A DNA stretch of 48,776 nt from an uncultured Clostridia bacterium (lineage in GTDB: Bacteria > Bacillota > Clostridia > Christensenellales > UBA1242), in NCBI GenBank assembly GCA_944384425.1, contig CALWTI010000003.1:1-48776 (forward strand), given 5' to 3'. A program made the position numbers and the translations under genes. Every line of letters starts with the position of its first letter. Position 1 is the stretch's first letter. The notes under the pieces were generated by a model. The model was not told where the DNA came from and ran no database searches. It saw nothing but the letters and a program-made list of their open reading frames with translations. Shown in pieces: positions 30,422 through 40,687 of this stretch.

Positions 30422-31579
30422 ATGAAAAAGTACTATGTATCAATATTTAGTGTTTTGCTTATCATTGCATTATCATTATGTAGTGGTGTTATGCCTTCGG
30501 TTAGTGCTGAAAACGACTTTTTGAAAAATGACGCAAAGGCATCACTTTTGGTCGATTATGAAACCGGCACCGTCCTTTATGAAAATAATAGCAACGCAAG
30601 ATTTCCAATAGCAAGTATGGTGAAACTTATGACGATACTATTAACATATGAAGCTATTGATAATGGCTCACTTACTTTGGATACAATGATAACAACTTCT
30701 GAAAATGCGTCAGGAATGGGCGGGTCACAGGTGTTTATTGACCCATATGTTGAATACCGGGCAGAAGATTTGCTCAAAAGCGTGGTCATGGCGTCTGCAA
30801 ATGATGCAAGCGTTGCTTTGGCTGAGTATATAAGTGGAAGTGAAAGCGCTTTTGTCTCTTTGATGAACAAGCGTGCAAGTGAACTTGGAATGAAAAACAC
30901 TTTGTACGCAAACTGCACAGGACTTCCTGCTCCCGAGCAATATTCAAGTGCTTATGACTGCTATTTAGTTTTGAAGCAACTTTTAAAGCATGAGCATTAC
31001 CACACATTAAGTACTATTTGGATGGACAAACTTGTTCATCCATCTGGTAGAGAGACCGAGCTAGTAAACACAAACAAACTCATAAGATATTATGAGGGTT
31101 GTGACTGTGGCAAAACTGGTTCAACATCAGAGGCGGGTTATTGCTTGACTGCATCTTGCATTCGTAATGATTTTAGGCTTGTCGCTGTCGTGATTGGTTC
31201 AAAAAATGGGCAACAGAGATTCACAGATGTTTCATCGCTATTTAACTATGGCTTTGCAAACTATGAAAACAAGTTAATACTCGATAGTCAAACTCCTTAT
31301 TTAACCGATGTTGAAGTAAGAATGTCAAAACAAAAAACCGTAGATGTCTATGCAAAAGAGAACTTTTATGGGTTATCACGCAAAGGTAATAACGACGAAT
31401 ACGAATTTAAGTATGAGCTTGATGAAATTAAAGCACCTATAAAAGCGGGTGAAAAAGTTGGTACACTACTTGTCACAAAACAAGGGCAGGTTGTTAAAGA
31501 AATAGATTTGGTTGTAAATAGCGACTTGCAAAAATTGACATATTTTGATTCAATAAAACGAATTGCAGAAAATTGGTAA
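30422..31579 (+). CDS. D-alanyl-D-alanine carboxypeptidase (S11)
   Basis: SMVKLMT (SxxK), SANDAS (SxN), KTGST (KTG); aaggag SD before ATG 30422. Confidence 0.88.
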   Translation: MKKYYVSIFSVLLIIALSLCSGVMPSVSAENDFLKNDAKASLLVDYETGTVLYENNSNARFPIASMVKLMTILLTYEAIDNGSLTLDTMITTSENASGMGGSQVFIDPYVEYRAEDLLKSVVMASANDASVALAEYISGSESAFVSLMNKRASELGMKNTLYANCTGLPAPEQYSSAYDCYLVLKQLLKHEHYHTLSTIWMDKLVHPSGRETELVNTNKLIRYYEGCDCGKTGSTSEAGYCLTASCIRNDFRLVAVVIGSKNGQQRFTDVSSLFNYGFANYENKLILDSQTPYLTDVEVRMSKQKTVDVYAKENFYGLSRKGNNDEYEFKYELDEIKAPIKAGEKVGTLLVTKQGQVVKEIDLVVNSDLQKLTYFDSIKRIAENW

Positions 31580-31657
31580 ATTAAAGTTGGTTTAGGCAAA
31601 AGCCTAAGCCAATTTTTTTCTTGCAAATTTCTCTTAATATATGTATAATACCTAAGT

Positions 31658-32323
31658 ATGTTATATCAATTATTAGGCTCGGGAATGCCTTTTTTGGAAA
31701 TACTAGCATTTATTTTAGCTTACATGATTGCACTTATGTTTTCTTTTTGTGCTCATGAGTTTTCTCATGCCTTTGTGGCATATAAACTTGGCGATCCAAC
31801 CGCTCGATCACTTGGAAGACTTTCTTTAAATCCATTAAAACACATAGATGGCCTAGGCTTTTTGTGCTTGATTTTATTTGGCTTTGGCTGGGCGAAACCT
31901 GTTGAAATTAACCCTATGTACTTTAAGCACTACAAAAGGGATATGTCATTTGTATCCATCGCTGGCGTGACAGCAAATCTAATACTGGCTTTCATTTTTA
32001 GCGGAATTTACTTTTTTGTTAGTCCACTGCTTGCCAATACTCAAAATATGTTCTTAATATTTTTGGACCTTTTCATATATTTTATGGTGATTTTGAATTT
32101 GTCGCTTTTGGTGTTCAATTTGTTGCCAATTTATCCTCTTGATGGCTTCAACTTCATCAAGGCACTCACAAAGCCTAACAATGCTTTTGTTAACTTTATG
32201 CTAAAATATGGGACAATCGTGCTTTTAATATTTTTAATCACTCCTATATTTGATTATATTTATATTTTTGTAACCAATGGCATTTTGAGTGTATTTAGTT
32301 TATTTTGGGGGTTGTTTGTATGA
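31658..32323 (+). CDS. M50-family site-2-type zinc metalloprotease
   Basis: HEFSHA and LLPIYPLDGF motifs; polytopic. Confidence 0.85.
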   Translation: MLYQLLGSGMPFLEILAFILAYMIALMFSFCAHEFSHAFVAYKLGDPTARSLGRLSLNPLKHIDGLGFLCLILFGFGWAKPVEINPMYFKHYKRDMSFVSIAGVTANLILAFIFSGIYFFVSPLLANTQNMFLIFLDLFIYFMVILNLSLLVFNLLPIYPLDGFNFIKALTKPNNAFVNFMLKYGTIVLLIFLITPIFDYIYIFVTNGILSVFSLFWGLFV

Positions 32324-33141
32324 CGGAAGAACAAATGATGAAAGATAGTGAAGACGAAGTTCAAATCAATGAAGTGGATGAGAGCAAGGTCTATAAAGTG
32401 CACCTTGAAAACTTTGAAGGACCACTGGATTTATTGTTGCAAATAATTAAAGACAATAAAATGGACATTGAAACTGTCAAGCTTGCAGATTTAACTGAAC
32501 AATACCTGGAATATCTTGATGAGATACAAAAGCTTGATATGGAGAATGCAAGCGAATTTATTGAGATTGCTGCACAGCTTATTGAAATTAAATCGAGAAC
32601 ACTGCTTCCACCAGACGAAGAGGAAGAAGTGGAGGACGATCCAGAGGTCAATCTTTTGGCAAGACTAAAAGAGCTTAAATTGTTCCGTGAGGCAAGTGAA
32701 AAACTAGCAAAAGATGAAGACCTTGACAAACTTTATAAAAAACCAGATAAGATGGCAGGAAATGTAAGGATTGTACTTAAAGATATGTCACTTGATTTGA
32801 TGCTTGATGCGTTTGCTAAAATGATGGCAACAATGCCTAAAAAAGTAGTTGAAGTTGAAGCTAAACAGATAGTCAAAGATAGGTTCACCGTTGCTGAAAA
32901 AATCCTTTCAATAAAAAGCATTATTCGAGAGAAAAAGATGATTAAGTTTACAGATTTGTTTGATGCGGACCTAACAAAAAGTGAACTAATCAACACATTT
33001 TTGGCACTGCTTGAATTGTTGAAAATGCAAATTATTAAAGCACAGCAATCTGAAATTTTTGGAGAAATTGACATAATTGCTAATGAAGAAGGAATAGATA
33101 AGGAGATTAAAATTGATGAACAACTTGAAGGAAGTTATTAA
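32320..33141 (+). CDS. scpA: Segregation and condensation protein A
   Basis: FEGPLDLLLQIIKDNKMDI motif; ATGA overlap with the upstream stop. Confidence 0.9.
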   Translation: MTEEQMMKDSEDEVQINEVDESKVYKVHLENFEGPLDLLLQIIKDNKMDIETVKLADLTEQYLEYLDEIQKLDMENASEFIEIAAQLIEIKSRTLLPPDEEEEVEDDPEVNLLARLKELKLFREASEKLAKDEDLDKLYKKPDKMAGNVRIVLKDMSLDLMLDAFAKMMATMPKKVVEVEAKQIVKDRFTVAEKILSIKSIIREKKMIKFTDLFDADLTKSELINTFLALLELLKMQIIKAQQSEIFGEIDIIANEEGIDKEIKIDEQLEGSY

Positions 33142-33862
33142 AGCCATTTTGTTCGTTTCGGGCGAAGGCGTTGAAAAAAGTGCTATTAGTGAAAAACTGC
33201 AAGTAACAGAAAAACAGTTAAATAATGCTGTTGAACAGTTAAAGCAGGAATTGAACAATGACAGTGGCATACACCTTATTGAGTACAAAAACAAAATTCA
33301 ACTTTGTTCAAATCCAAATTATGCAGAGCTGATTTCAACTGTACTCAATCCTATTCGTGAAAAAGCGCTCACAAAGGCAGCACTTGAAACTGTCGCAATC
33401 ATTGCATATAAACAGCCAATAACAAAGCTTGAAATTGAGGAGATAAGGAAAATAAACTCTGCAGATTATGCAATTCAAGTACTTTTAGACAATCATATGA
33501 TTGAAATTGTAGGCAGAAAAGATGCAGTGGGTAAGCCATATATGTTTGGTACCACTGATGAATTTTTGAAGCGCTTTGATTTAAAAGATTTGAGTGATCT
33601 TCCTGACTATGAACAGTTACTTGAAAGAATAGAGGTTATTAGAAATGAAACATATGATAATCAGCTTTCAAGTGACGGGCTATACAGAGATTATGATGTT
33701 CCACAAGAAGAGGAAGTACCAGACTTTTTGAAAGACGAAAAAGATGTTCAAAAGATAAAGGCTCAGGACAATGCTATGCTTGACAAAATCGATGCGATAC
33801 TTAAAGAGAACAACATTCAAAAGATGGATTTCTCTCCAAAGCCCGAAGAGAGTGCAAGCTAA
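33113..33862 (+). CDS. scpB: Segregation and condensation protein B
   Basis: AILFVSGEGV and ETVAIIAYKQPITKLEIEEIR motifs. Confidence 0.9.
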   Translation: MMNNLKEVIKAILFVSGEGVEKSAISEKLQVTEKQLNNAVEQLKQELNNDSGIHLIEYKNKIQLCSNPNYAELISTVLNPIREKALTKAALETVAIIAYKQPITKLEIEEIRKINSADYAIQVLLDNHMIEIVGRKDAVGKPYMFGTTDEFLKRFDLKDLSDLPDYEQLLERIEVIRNETYDNQLSSDGLYRDYDVPQEEEVPDFLKDEKDVQKIKAQDNAMLDKIDAILKENNIQKMDFSPKPEESAS

Positions 33863-33905
33863 GTATTTATAGTATAAATTTTGAAATTAAACAAACAATA
33901 GTGAT

Positions 33906-34475
33906 ATGGAAAGTTTATATTTTCTCATACCACTATTTTTTGTTGTGCTTATGATTTTCCCACTTTCGCTTAGGGTGAAACTTGCTTTGGATGTAAACAA
34001 AAAGCAAGCCATTACGAGCATATTTTTATGGAAGATAAAACTCATAACCTTGAAGGTATATGTTAAAGACAACAAACTATATCTTCTAACTAAACGCAAG
34101 AAAAAAGAAATTGAAATAAAACTTTCTATTAAAGAAATTTACTTTGTTGAAAGTATTGGTGAAAACTTAAAAGACAAAACAACACTTAGAAAAGTCAATT
34201 TTTATGGTAAAGTCGGGTTAGATGATGCAAAAAACACAGCAGTGGCCACTGGAAGTATTTTGATTGCTTTAAAAACTTTGTTTGCATACTTAAAAAATTA
34301 CAAACCAACTTGTTCGATGAGTGCCAACATTTCGCCTTGCTATGAAAATTCAGTGTTTATTTTGTGTGCATATGTAAGTTTTACAATCACCATATTTGAC
34401 CTTTTGTTTAGTTTAATAATTTCATTGTTTAGTTTAAGGAGTAAGGCATATGGAAAACAATCAAAATTATCTTGA
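33906..34475 (+). CDS. Membrane protein, YtfI/DUF2953-like by position
   Basis: N- and C-terminal TM segments; directly upstream of the ytfJ-like gene. Confidence 0.5.
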   Translation: MESLYFLIPLFFVVLMIFPLSLRVKLALDVNKKQAITSIFLWKIKLITLKVYVKDNKLYLLTKRKKKEIEIKLSIKEIYFVESIGENLKDKTTLRKVNFYGKVGLDDAKNTAVATGSILIALKTLFAYLKNYKPTCSMSANISPCYENSVFILCAYVSFTITIFDLLFSLIISLFSLRSKAYGKQSKLS

Positions 34476-34830
34476 AGAACTTATCAATTCATCTATTGAA
34501 AAAATAAGGAATTTGGCAGAAACAAACACAATAATAGGTGACCCAATCGTAAGTCCAACTGGAAAAATTATCATACCTGTGAGTAAGGTGTCAGTTGGTT
34601 TTGTTGTTGGTGGTGGACAATATAATTCTATCACCAAAAAACCACCTTATCCACTTGCAGGTGGGAGCGGTGGCGGGCTTTCTGTTACTCCAATAGGCTT
34701 TATTGTCGAAGATGGTGAAGAAGTTAAGTTTGTTGATGTCGAAGACAAGTCGGCATATCAAACTGTACTAAATTTAGCTAATGCACTTATCAATAAATTA
34801 GACAAAAAAGGTGTGAAAGATGAAAAATAA
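34450..34830 (+). CDS. ytfJ: Sporulation protein YtfJ (GerW family)
   Basis: IIGDPIVSPTGKIIIPVSKVSVGFVVGGG ... GGSGGGLSVTPIGFIV. Confidence 0.85.
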   Translation: MENNQNYLEELINSSIEKIRNLAETNTIIGDPIVSPTGKIIIPVSKVSVGFVVGGGQYNSITKKPPYPLAGGSGGGLSVTPIGFIVEDGEEVKFVDVEDKSAYQTVLNLANALINKLDKKGVKDEK

Positions 34831-35947
34831 ATTGTCGTGTTTTTTGTTATTATGTTTATTAATGTTTATTTTTGTACCAACTAACATCTCTGTAAATGGA
34901 CAAGTGTTTGCAGATACAAGTGCACAAGCTATGGTTGTTATTGAAGCCAATTCAAATAGGGTGCTTATGGCGAAAAATGAAAATGTGCAAAGAGCAAATG
35001 CGAGTACAACAAAGATTGCAACATTTTTGACAGTACTTAAACATTGCGAAAGCTTTGACGAAATTGTAGAAGTAGATGATAGGGCGATAGGAATTGAGGG
35101 AACATCAATATATTTAAAGAAAGGAGAAAAACTTACAGTAAGGCAACTATTATATGGTATGATGCTTGTGTCAGGAAATGACGCAGCAACGGCACTTGCC
35201 CTTCATATTAGCCCTTCAATACAAGAATTTGCTCAGCTTATGACAAAAGAGGCGAAAGCTTGCGGAGCGCTTAACACAACATTCAAAAATCCTCATGGGC
35301 TTGATGAAGACGGACACAAAACTACGGCTTTCGACCTTGCTCAAATAACAAGAGAATGTTATAAATATCCTATTTTTGAGGAAATTGTCACAACAGAGAA
35401 CACAAAAATACCAAACGGCGAAGGTGGTTATAGATATTTAAAAAACAAAAACAAATTGCTTTGGTCATTTGACGGGTGCAATGGTGTGAAAACTGGTTTT
35501 ACAGATGATGCAGGGAGGTGTCTTGTAAGTAGTGCAAAACGTCAAAATATGCACCTTATTTGCGTTGTGCTATCTTGTGGACCAATGTTTGAAGAAAGTG
35601 CAAGTATGCTCTCGAATTGTTTTTCTAAGTACCATATGGCAAATTTATTGCCACCTTATAATTACATAAAAAGCATACCTGTACAAAACAGTGACAAGAC
35701 TGATGTTAAAGTCTATACGCAAAGAGGTTTTTCTTATCCGCTTTCAAACGAAGAAGAGCAAAAAATTAAAATTGAGGTTATCACCGATGACTACTTGACG
35801 GCACCACTTGAAAAAGAACAAGTTGTTGGTGAAATAAAAATATATTTTGATAATCACTTGCTATTTTCTGAAAAAATATATACTATGGAAGATGTTAAAT
35901 CAAATAAGATGATTGACACAATCAAAAGAATTTTAGAAAACTGGTGA
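34820..35947 (+). CDS. D-alanyl-D-alanine carboxypeptidase (S11), second copy
   Basis: STTKIAT, SGNDAA and KTGFT motifs; signal peptide. Confidence 0.88.
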   Translation: MKNKLSCFLLLCLLMFIFVPTNISVNGQVFADTSAQAMVVIEANSNRVLMAKNENVQRANASTTKIATFLTVLKHCESFDEIVEVDDRAIGIEGTSIYLKKGEKLTVRQLLYGMMLVSGNDAATALALHISPSIQEFAQLMTKEAKACGALNTTFKNPHGLDEDGHKTTAFDLAQITRECYKYPIFEEIVTTENTKIPNGEGGYRYLKNKNKLLWSFDGCNGVKTGFTDDAGRCLVSSAKRQNMHLICVVLSCGPMFEESASMLSNCFSKYHMANLLPPYNYIKSIPVQNSDKTDVKVYTQRGFSYPLSNEEEQKIKIEVITDDYLTAPLEKEQVVGEIKIYFDNHLLFSEKIYTMEDVKSNKMIDTIKRILENW

Positions 35948-35949
35948 TT

Positions 35950-36666
35950 ATGAGAATAAACAAATACATTGCACTCTGCGGAGTCGCATCAAGACGAAAA
36001 AGTGAAGATTTTATTACAAGTGGCAAAGTTAAGGTAAATGGAGAACTTGTCACTTCACTGTCAACTGATATTGACATAGATAAAGATAAGGTAGAACTAG
36101 AAGGCAAGGTATTATCCCTGCCTTCTAATTATGTTTATTATAAGTTAAATAAGCCAAAAGGTTACCTTTGCAGTAGGGAAGATGGAACTAATAGAAAGAC
36201 AATTTACGACTTAGTTAAAAGTGATATGCGCCTATTTTCAATAGGTAGACTTGATTATGATACAGAAGGCTTAATTTTGCTAACAAATGACGGTGATGTT
36301 GCGCAGAAGATATCGCACCCAAAAAACAAAATAGAAAAAGAATATACTGTCAAAATTGAGGGTGGTATTGTTGAAAGCGAATTGGCTGTTCTTAGAAATG
36401 GCGTTATTGAAAATGGTGTAAGATTACCAAAAGCAAAAGTCACTGTTATTGAGCAAAATTCAAGTATGACAAAACTTAGCGTCATTATTCATGAGGGCAA
36501 AAACAGGCAAATTAGGCGAATGTTTGAATGTATAGGGAAAAACATAATACTTTTGAAAAGAGTTAGAATTGGAGAAATAAAGCTTGGTGGTTTACCAAGG
36601 GGAATGTACAAAAAATTAAATGAATATGAACTGTCTTGGCTATTAAGTAATATGGAGGAGATATGA
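35950..36666 (+). CDS. rluB: 23S rRNA pseudouridine synthase RluB type
   Basis: S4 domain MRINKYIALCGVASRRKSE; RLDYDTEGLILLTNDG; ATG 35950 preferred over GTG 35944. Confidence 0.88.
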   Translation: MRINKYIALCGVASRRKSEDFITSGKVKVNGELVTSLSTDIDIDKDKVELEGKVLSLPSNYVYYKLNKPKGYLCSREDGTNRKTIYDLVKSDMRLFSIGRLDYDTEGLILLTNDGDVAQKISHPKNKIEKEYTVKIEGGIVESELAVLRNGVIENGVRLPKAKVTVIEQNSSMTKLSVIIHEGKNRQIRRMFECIGKNIILLKRVRIGEIKLGGLPRGMYKKLNEYELSWLLSNMEEI

Positions 36667-37316
36667 TTATAGCGATTGATGGACCAGCGGGGTCAGGCAA
36701 ATCAACTTTGGCTATGCTCATTGCTGAAAAATTAAAAATTCACTCTTTTAATACTGGAATGATTTTTCGTGCAATAGCATACTTTTTGAATAAAAAAGGC
36801 ATGACTATTCATGATGAATCAAAAATTGCGACGCTTTTAGATAATTGTGATATTAAAGTTTATTTTGAAAATGGCCAACAAAAAGTTTACATTGACAAAG
36901 AAGATGTTTCAGAGTATGTATCTTTGCCAAGTGTTGCACACCTAGCGTCTGAGTTTTCAAAGTTAAATGTTGTTCGGGAACAAGTTAAGCAAATTCAACG
37001 AAAGTTTGCAAAGACTTATGATTTAGTCGTTGAAGGTCGTGACATAGGAACAGAAATTTTTCCAGACGCCGATTACAAGTTTTTTGTAATTGCAGACCTT
37101 GACACTCGTGCAATGCGTAGATATGAAACATTGAAAAAGACGATTCAAGGCGTTGATTTGAATGAAATAAAAGAAGACTTAAAAAAGCGTGATTACGAGG
37201 ATAGTCATAGGGAAATTAGTCCACTAAGGCAAGCAGACGACGCTATTGTAATTGACACAACAAATGACACAGTCAAGCAAAGCTTAGATAAGATACTTTG
37301 TTTTATTAGGAGATAA
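36663..37316 (+). CDS. cmk: Cytidylate kinase
   Basis: IAIDGPAGSGKST P-loop. Confidence 0.92.
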   Translation: MIIAIDGPAGSGKSTLAMLIAEKLKIHSFNTGMIFRAIAYFLNKKGMTIHDESKIATLLDNCDIKVYFENGQQKVYIDKEDVSEYVSLPSVAHLASEFSKLNVVREQVKQIQRKFAKTYDLVVEGRDIGTEIFPDADYKFFVIADLDTRAMRRYETLKKTIQGVDLNEIKEDLKKRDYEDSHREISPLRQADDAIVIDTTNDTVKQSLDKILCFIRR

Positions 37317-37317
37317 A

Positions 37318-37890
37318 ATGTTTTTTTGGTTAATAAAAATTATTGCATTTATACCATTTTGGCTTTTGTATCCAACAAGAGTAAAAAAATTTGCTAAAAT
37401 TCCCAAAGGCAAATGTGTGTTTGTCATAAATCACAGGAGCAACATTGACCCACTTATCATGCTCAATATGTTTTGGCGTGAACAGCATATTATCGCCAAA
37501 AAAGAGCTTTACAAAAATTGTATGCTTAGGGCAATTTTAAAGGGAATGAAAACTATTCCTATTGATAGAGAAAAAACTGAAATCATAACCATTAAACAGT
37601 GCTTGAAGGTTTTAAAAAATAACAAAATTTTAAGTATTTTCCCTGAGGGAACAAGAAACAAAACGGGAAAAGTGCTTGCTGAAATAAAAGAAGGAGCAGG
37701 ACTTTTGGCAATCAAAGGCGATGCACCGGTTGTGCCAATTTGGATAAAGAAAAAATCAAAACCTTTTTGTTTAAATACCATCTATGTTGGTGAGCCTTTT
37801 TCGCTAAACAAAGATCAACTTAAAGAAAGTTCAGAGATTATAAAGCAAAAGCTATTAGCTCTTCATGACCAAACAATCAAGAAAAAATAA
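37318..37890 (+). CDS. plsC: 1-acyl-sn-glycerol-3-phosphate acyltransferase
   Basis: NHRSNIDP (HX4D) and FPEGTR motifs. Confidence 0.88.
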   Translation: MFFWLIKIIAFIPFWLLYPTRVKKFAKIPKGKCVFVINHRSNIDPLIMLNMFWREQHIIAKKELYKNCMLRAILKGMKTIPIDREKTEIITIKQCLKVLKNNKILSIFPEGTRNKTGKVLAEIKEGAGLLAIKGDAPVVPIWIKKKSKPFCLNTIYVGEPFSLNKDQLKESSEIIKQKLLALHDQTIKKK

Positions 37891-37945
37891 TTTGATTTAG
37901 TGGACTTTATTTGTGAATGCTGTTAAATTATAATTAGGAGTAACG

Positions 37946-38974
37946 ATGGAAGAAGTAAAGTTTAATTTGAGTGAGATAGACAAGACATTTGCCAGATACA
38001 AAAAAGATGACATTTATGATGGCGTTGTAATACTTAAAAGAGATGACGGAGTTATATTCAATATAGGCGGGAAAAGTGATGCCTTTATTGATAAAAGTGA
38101 TTTTGAAGATTATGATGCCGTCAAAGTTGGTGATAGATTCAAAGTGGCAATACTTGGAACAAAGACTGAAGATGGAATGGTGTGCGTTTCAAAAAAGATT
38201 GCCGACCGAATTATCATAGGCTCGACAACGGCAGAAAAGTTAAGATTTGGTTCAGAAGTATCTTTTTATGTGACAGGAATAAAAGACGGAGATCTCGTTT
38301 CAAAACTTGGTGTATATGATTTGGTTGTCCCACATGATGAAATTGATACAAGACCAAAACATTTAAGCTATTATTTAAACAAACAGTTAAAAGGAATAGT
38401 TACTGAAATCAATCGTGATGACAAGCAAATTGTTTGCTCAGTGAAGATGTTAAAAGAACAACTACAAGAGTCATTAGAAAATCAATTTTGGAGCAGTATA
38501 TTTATCAACAAAGTTGTCGACGGCGTTGTTGAAAAAATTATGCCATATGGGGCTTTTGTTAAAGTTGATGGTATTTCATGTTTTATTCATATCTCTGACA
38601 TTGCATATGAAAGAGTTGAAAATATTGAAGATTACTTAAAAGTTGGTCAAACTTATAAGTTTAGAGTTATAAAGATTGATAAGCTTAATCACAAAGTATC
38701 ACTTGGTTTAAAGCAGTTAACTGAAAATCCAAGAAAGACACTTTTAAAGAAATTGGCAGTTGGTGAGAAGTACCCAGGCACTGTTGTCAAAATTCTTGCT
38801 TTTGGTGCAATCATAAAATTGGACGATATGAATATATCTGGGCTTTTACATGTTTCTGATGCAACTTCGTCTAATAATAAAAGAATTTATGAAATAGTTA
38901 AACTTGGTCAAAAAGTTGAAGTGGAAATTAAGAGCATCGACATAGAAAAAGATAGAATTAGTTTCAAGTTATAA
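37946..38974 (+). CDS. S1-domain RNA-binding protein (four S1 repeats, YpfD/RpsA-like; no IspH fusion)
   Basis: Repeated S1-type segments, e.g. GVVEKIMPYGAFVKVDGISCFIHISD and GTVVKILAFGAIIKL; follows cmk. Confidence 0.85.
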   Translation: MEEVKFNLSEIDKTFARYKKDDIYDGVVILKRDDGVIFNIGGKSDAFIDKSDFEDYDAVKVGDRFKVAILGTKTEDGMVCVSKKIADRIIIGSTTAEKLRFGSEVSFYVTGIKDGDLVSKLGVYDLVVPHDEIDTRPKHLSYYLNKQLKGIVTEINRDDKQIVCSVKMLKEQLQESLENQFWSSIFINKVVDGVVEKIMPYGAFVKVDGISCFIHISDIAYERVENIEDYLKVGQTYKFRVIKIDKLNHKVSLGLKQLTENPRKTLLKKLAVGEKYPGTVVKILAFGAIIKLDDMNISGLLHVSDATSSNNKRIYEIVKLGQKVEVEIKSIDIEKDRISFKL

Positions 38975-38990
38975 AGAACAAACACAACGA

Positions 38991-39027
38991 AAAAGGAGTT
39001 TTGCCATTTTGCAAAACTCCTTTTTGT
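38991..39027. terminator. Bidirectional rho-independent terminator between convergent genes
   Basis: aaaaggagttttgc-catttt-gcaaaactcctttt with flanking A and T runs. Confidence 0.85.
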
Positions 39028-39059
39028 ATTTTAGTTATATTGATAATAGATTAAGTTTC

Positions 39060-39641
39060 TTATTCGTCTAATTTTTTCTCGACATCATCTATTTGGTCTT
39101 GAAGTTTCTTTATTTCAAGCTTTCTGTTTAATGTGTCAAGTCTTTTCTTTAATTGTATTTCATCATCGAAATTTGGAGCAGGGGAAGATGAGTCGAGTGT
39201 TATTGTTGTCCTTCTACTTAGTCCAGTCAATTTTAAACCGACAACAAAGTAAATCACCTGAAAAACTTCTACGCCAAGTATAAGTCCTATTGGCAAAACA
39301 TATGAAAGATAATCAACAAAAGTTATGTCTGACATTGCAACATATACTCCAAGTGCAATCGTCGCCAAAAATGTCAATAAAATCATAATATAATAACATT
39401 TTGCAAGGGTGTATTTGCCATCAAGTTTTTTTGTTGTAACAATGTCGCATAGTGTCAACAAAAGCAAAATGCTAGCAACAGTGGTGAGAGTTATATCAAG
39501 CCATGTTACAATCGAAGTTTGAAGATATAATCTTCTTGCTGAAAGAAATATTGCGGTTACTAGACAGATAAAAGTTATTACGATCATTGTTCTATAAATC
39601 AATGATAAAAGTACTCTTTTTTGTTTGTTATCCATAAGCAC
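39060..39641 (-). CDS. Hypothetical 4-TM membrane protein with C-terminal coiled coil
   Basis: Hydrophobic segments plus KKRLDTLNRKLEIKKLQDQIDDVEKKLDE; SD (gaggtg) upstream. Confidence 0.7.
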   Translation of the reverse strand: MLMDNKQKRVLLSLIYRTMIVITFICLVTAIFLSARRLYLQTSIVTWLDITLTTVASILLLLTLCDIVTTKKLDGKYTLAKCYYIMILLTFLATIALGVYVAMSDITFVDYLSYVLPIGLILGVEVFQVIYFVVGLKLTGLSRRTTITLDSSSPAPNFDDEIQLKKRLDTLNRKLEIKKLQDQIDDVEKKLDE

Positions 39642-39743
39642 CTCTTTTGTAGTTATGATATATTAAACTTAAAAAAAAGTCAAGAGCATTAAAATACTTG
39701 CGTGATATAAGCAAATGAGATATATTAACACTGTGGAGTTATT

Positions 39744-40475
39744 ATGAAAGTTGCACTTATAACAGGCTCGTCAAGGGGAATTGGCAAAGATATAGCAAAA
39801 GTATTTGCAAGGCAAGGTTATGCCGTGGTTATTTGTTACAACAAATCAAAAGAGTGTGCAGAAAATTTGTGTGAGGAAATTGTTAAAAACGGCGGAAACG
39901 CCATTTCAACAAAACTTGATGTTACAAATATAGATGAGATAAAAAATATGCTAAGCTACACAATTAAGTGTTTTGGTCATATAGATGTGGTTATAAACAA
40001 TGCAGGAATTGCTCATAAAGCACTTTTGATTGACGAAGACGAAAGCACTATAACCGATATTTTAGATACAAATTTAAAAGGCACAATAAATGTTACAAAA
40101 TATGCGTTACCATATCTATTAGAAAATGGTAAGGGCAAAATCATCAACATATCATCAATTTGGGGCATGGAAGGGGCTTCATGTGAGGCTGTATACTCCG
40201 CCTCTAAGGCTGGAATAATTGGCTTTACTCGTTCAATAGCAAAAGAATATGCCTATAACAACATAACAGCTAATTGCATTTGCCCAGGTGTTGTTGATAC
40301 CGATATGAATAAAAATTTGTCAAAGCAGGAACTTGATGACCTTGTTTCAAGTATTCCTCAAAAACGTATGCTTAAAGGTGAGGAAATAGGTAATCTTGCA
40401 CTGTTTTTGGCAGAACAAACTGGTGATTATATCACAGGACAAAGCATAGTTATTGATGGTGGATTTTTGCTATAA
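39744..40475 (+). CDS. Short-chain dehydrogenase/reductase (FabG-like)
   Basis: ITGSSRGIGKDIA, NNAG and YSASKAG motifs. Confidence 0.88.
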   Translation: MKVALITGSSRGIGKDIAKVFARQGYAVVICYNKSKECAENLCEEIVKNGGNAISTKLDVTNIDEIKNMLSYTIKCFGHIDVVINNAGIAHKALLIDEDESTITDILDTNLKGTINVTKYALPYLLENGKGKIINISSIWGMEGASCEAVYSASKAGIIGFTRSIAKEYAYNNITANCICPGVVDTDMNKNLSKQELDDLVSSIPQKRMLKGEEIGNLALFLAEQTGDYITGQSIVIDGGFLL

Positions 40476-40499
40476 AAGCGTTTATTATAATTATAAAAA

Positions 40500-40531
40500 A
40501 TAGCCACAAACTCAAAGTTTGTGGCTATTTT
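40500..40531 (+). terminator. Rho-independent terminator
   Basis: tagccacaaac-tcaaa-gtttgtggcta followed by T4. Confidence 0.8.
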
Positions 40532-40553
40532 AATGGAAGAAAAGAAGATGCTA

Positions 40554-40629
40554 TGGAGCTGATAGCCGGAATCGAACCGGCGACCTATTGATTACGAATC
40601 AATTGCTCTACCGACTGAGCCATATCAGC
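40554..40629 (-). tRNA. tRNA-Thr (anticodon CGT), CCA encoded
   Basis: Reverse complement GCTGATATGGCTCAGTCGGTAGAGCAATTGATTCGTAATCAATAGGTCGCCGGTTCGATTCCGGCTATCAGCTCCA folds as a full cloverleaf; anticodon loop TTCGTAA. Confidence 0.93.
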
Positions 40630-40687
40630 AACACATATCTATTATATAATATTTCCTCGATTTATTAAAATGTTTTTTAAAAATAAT

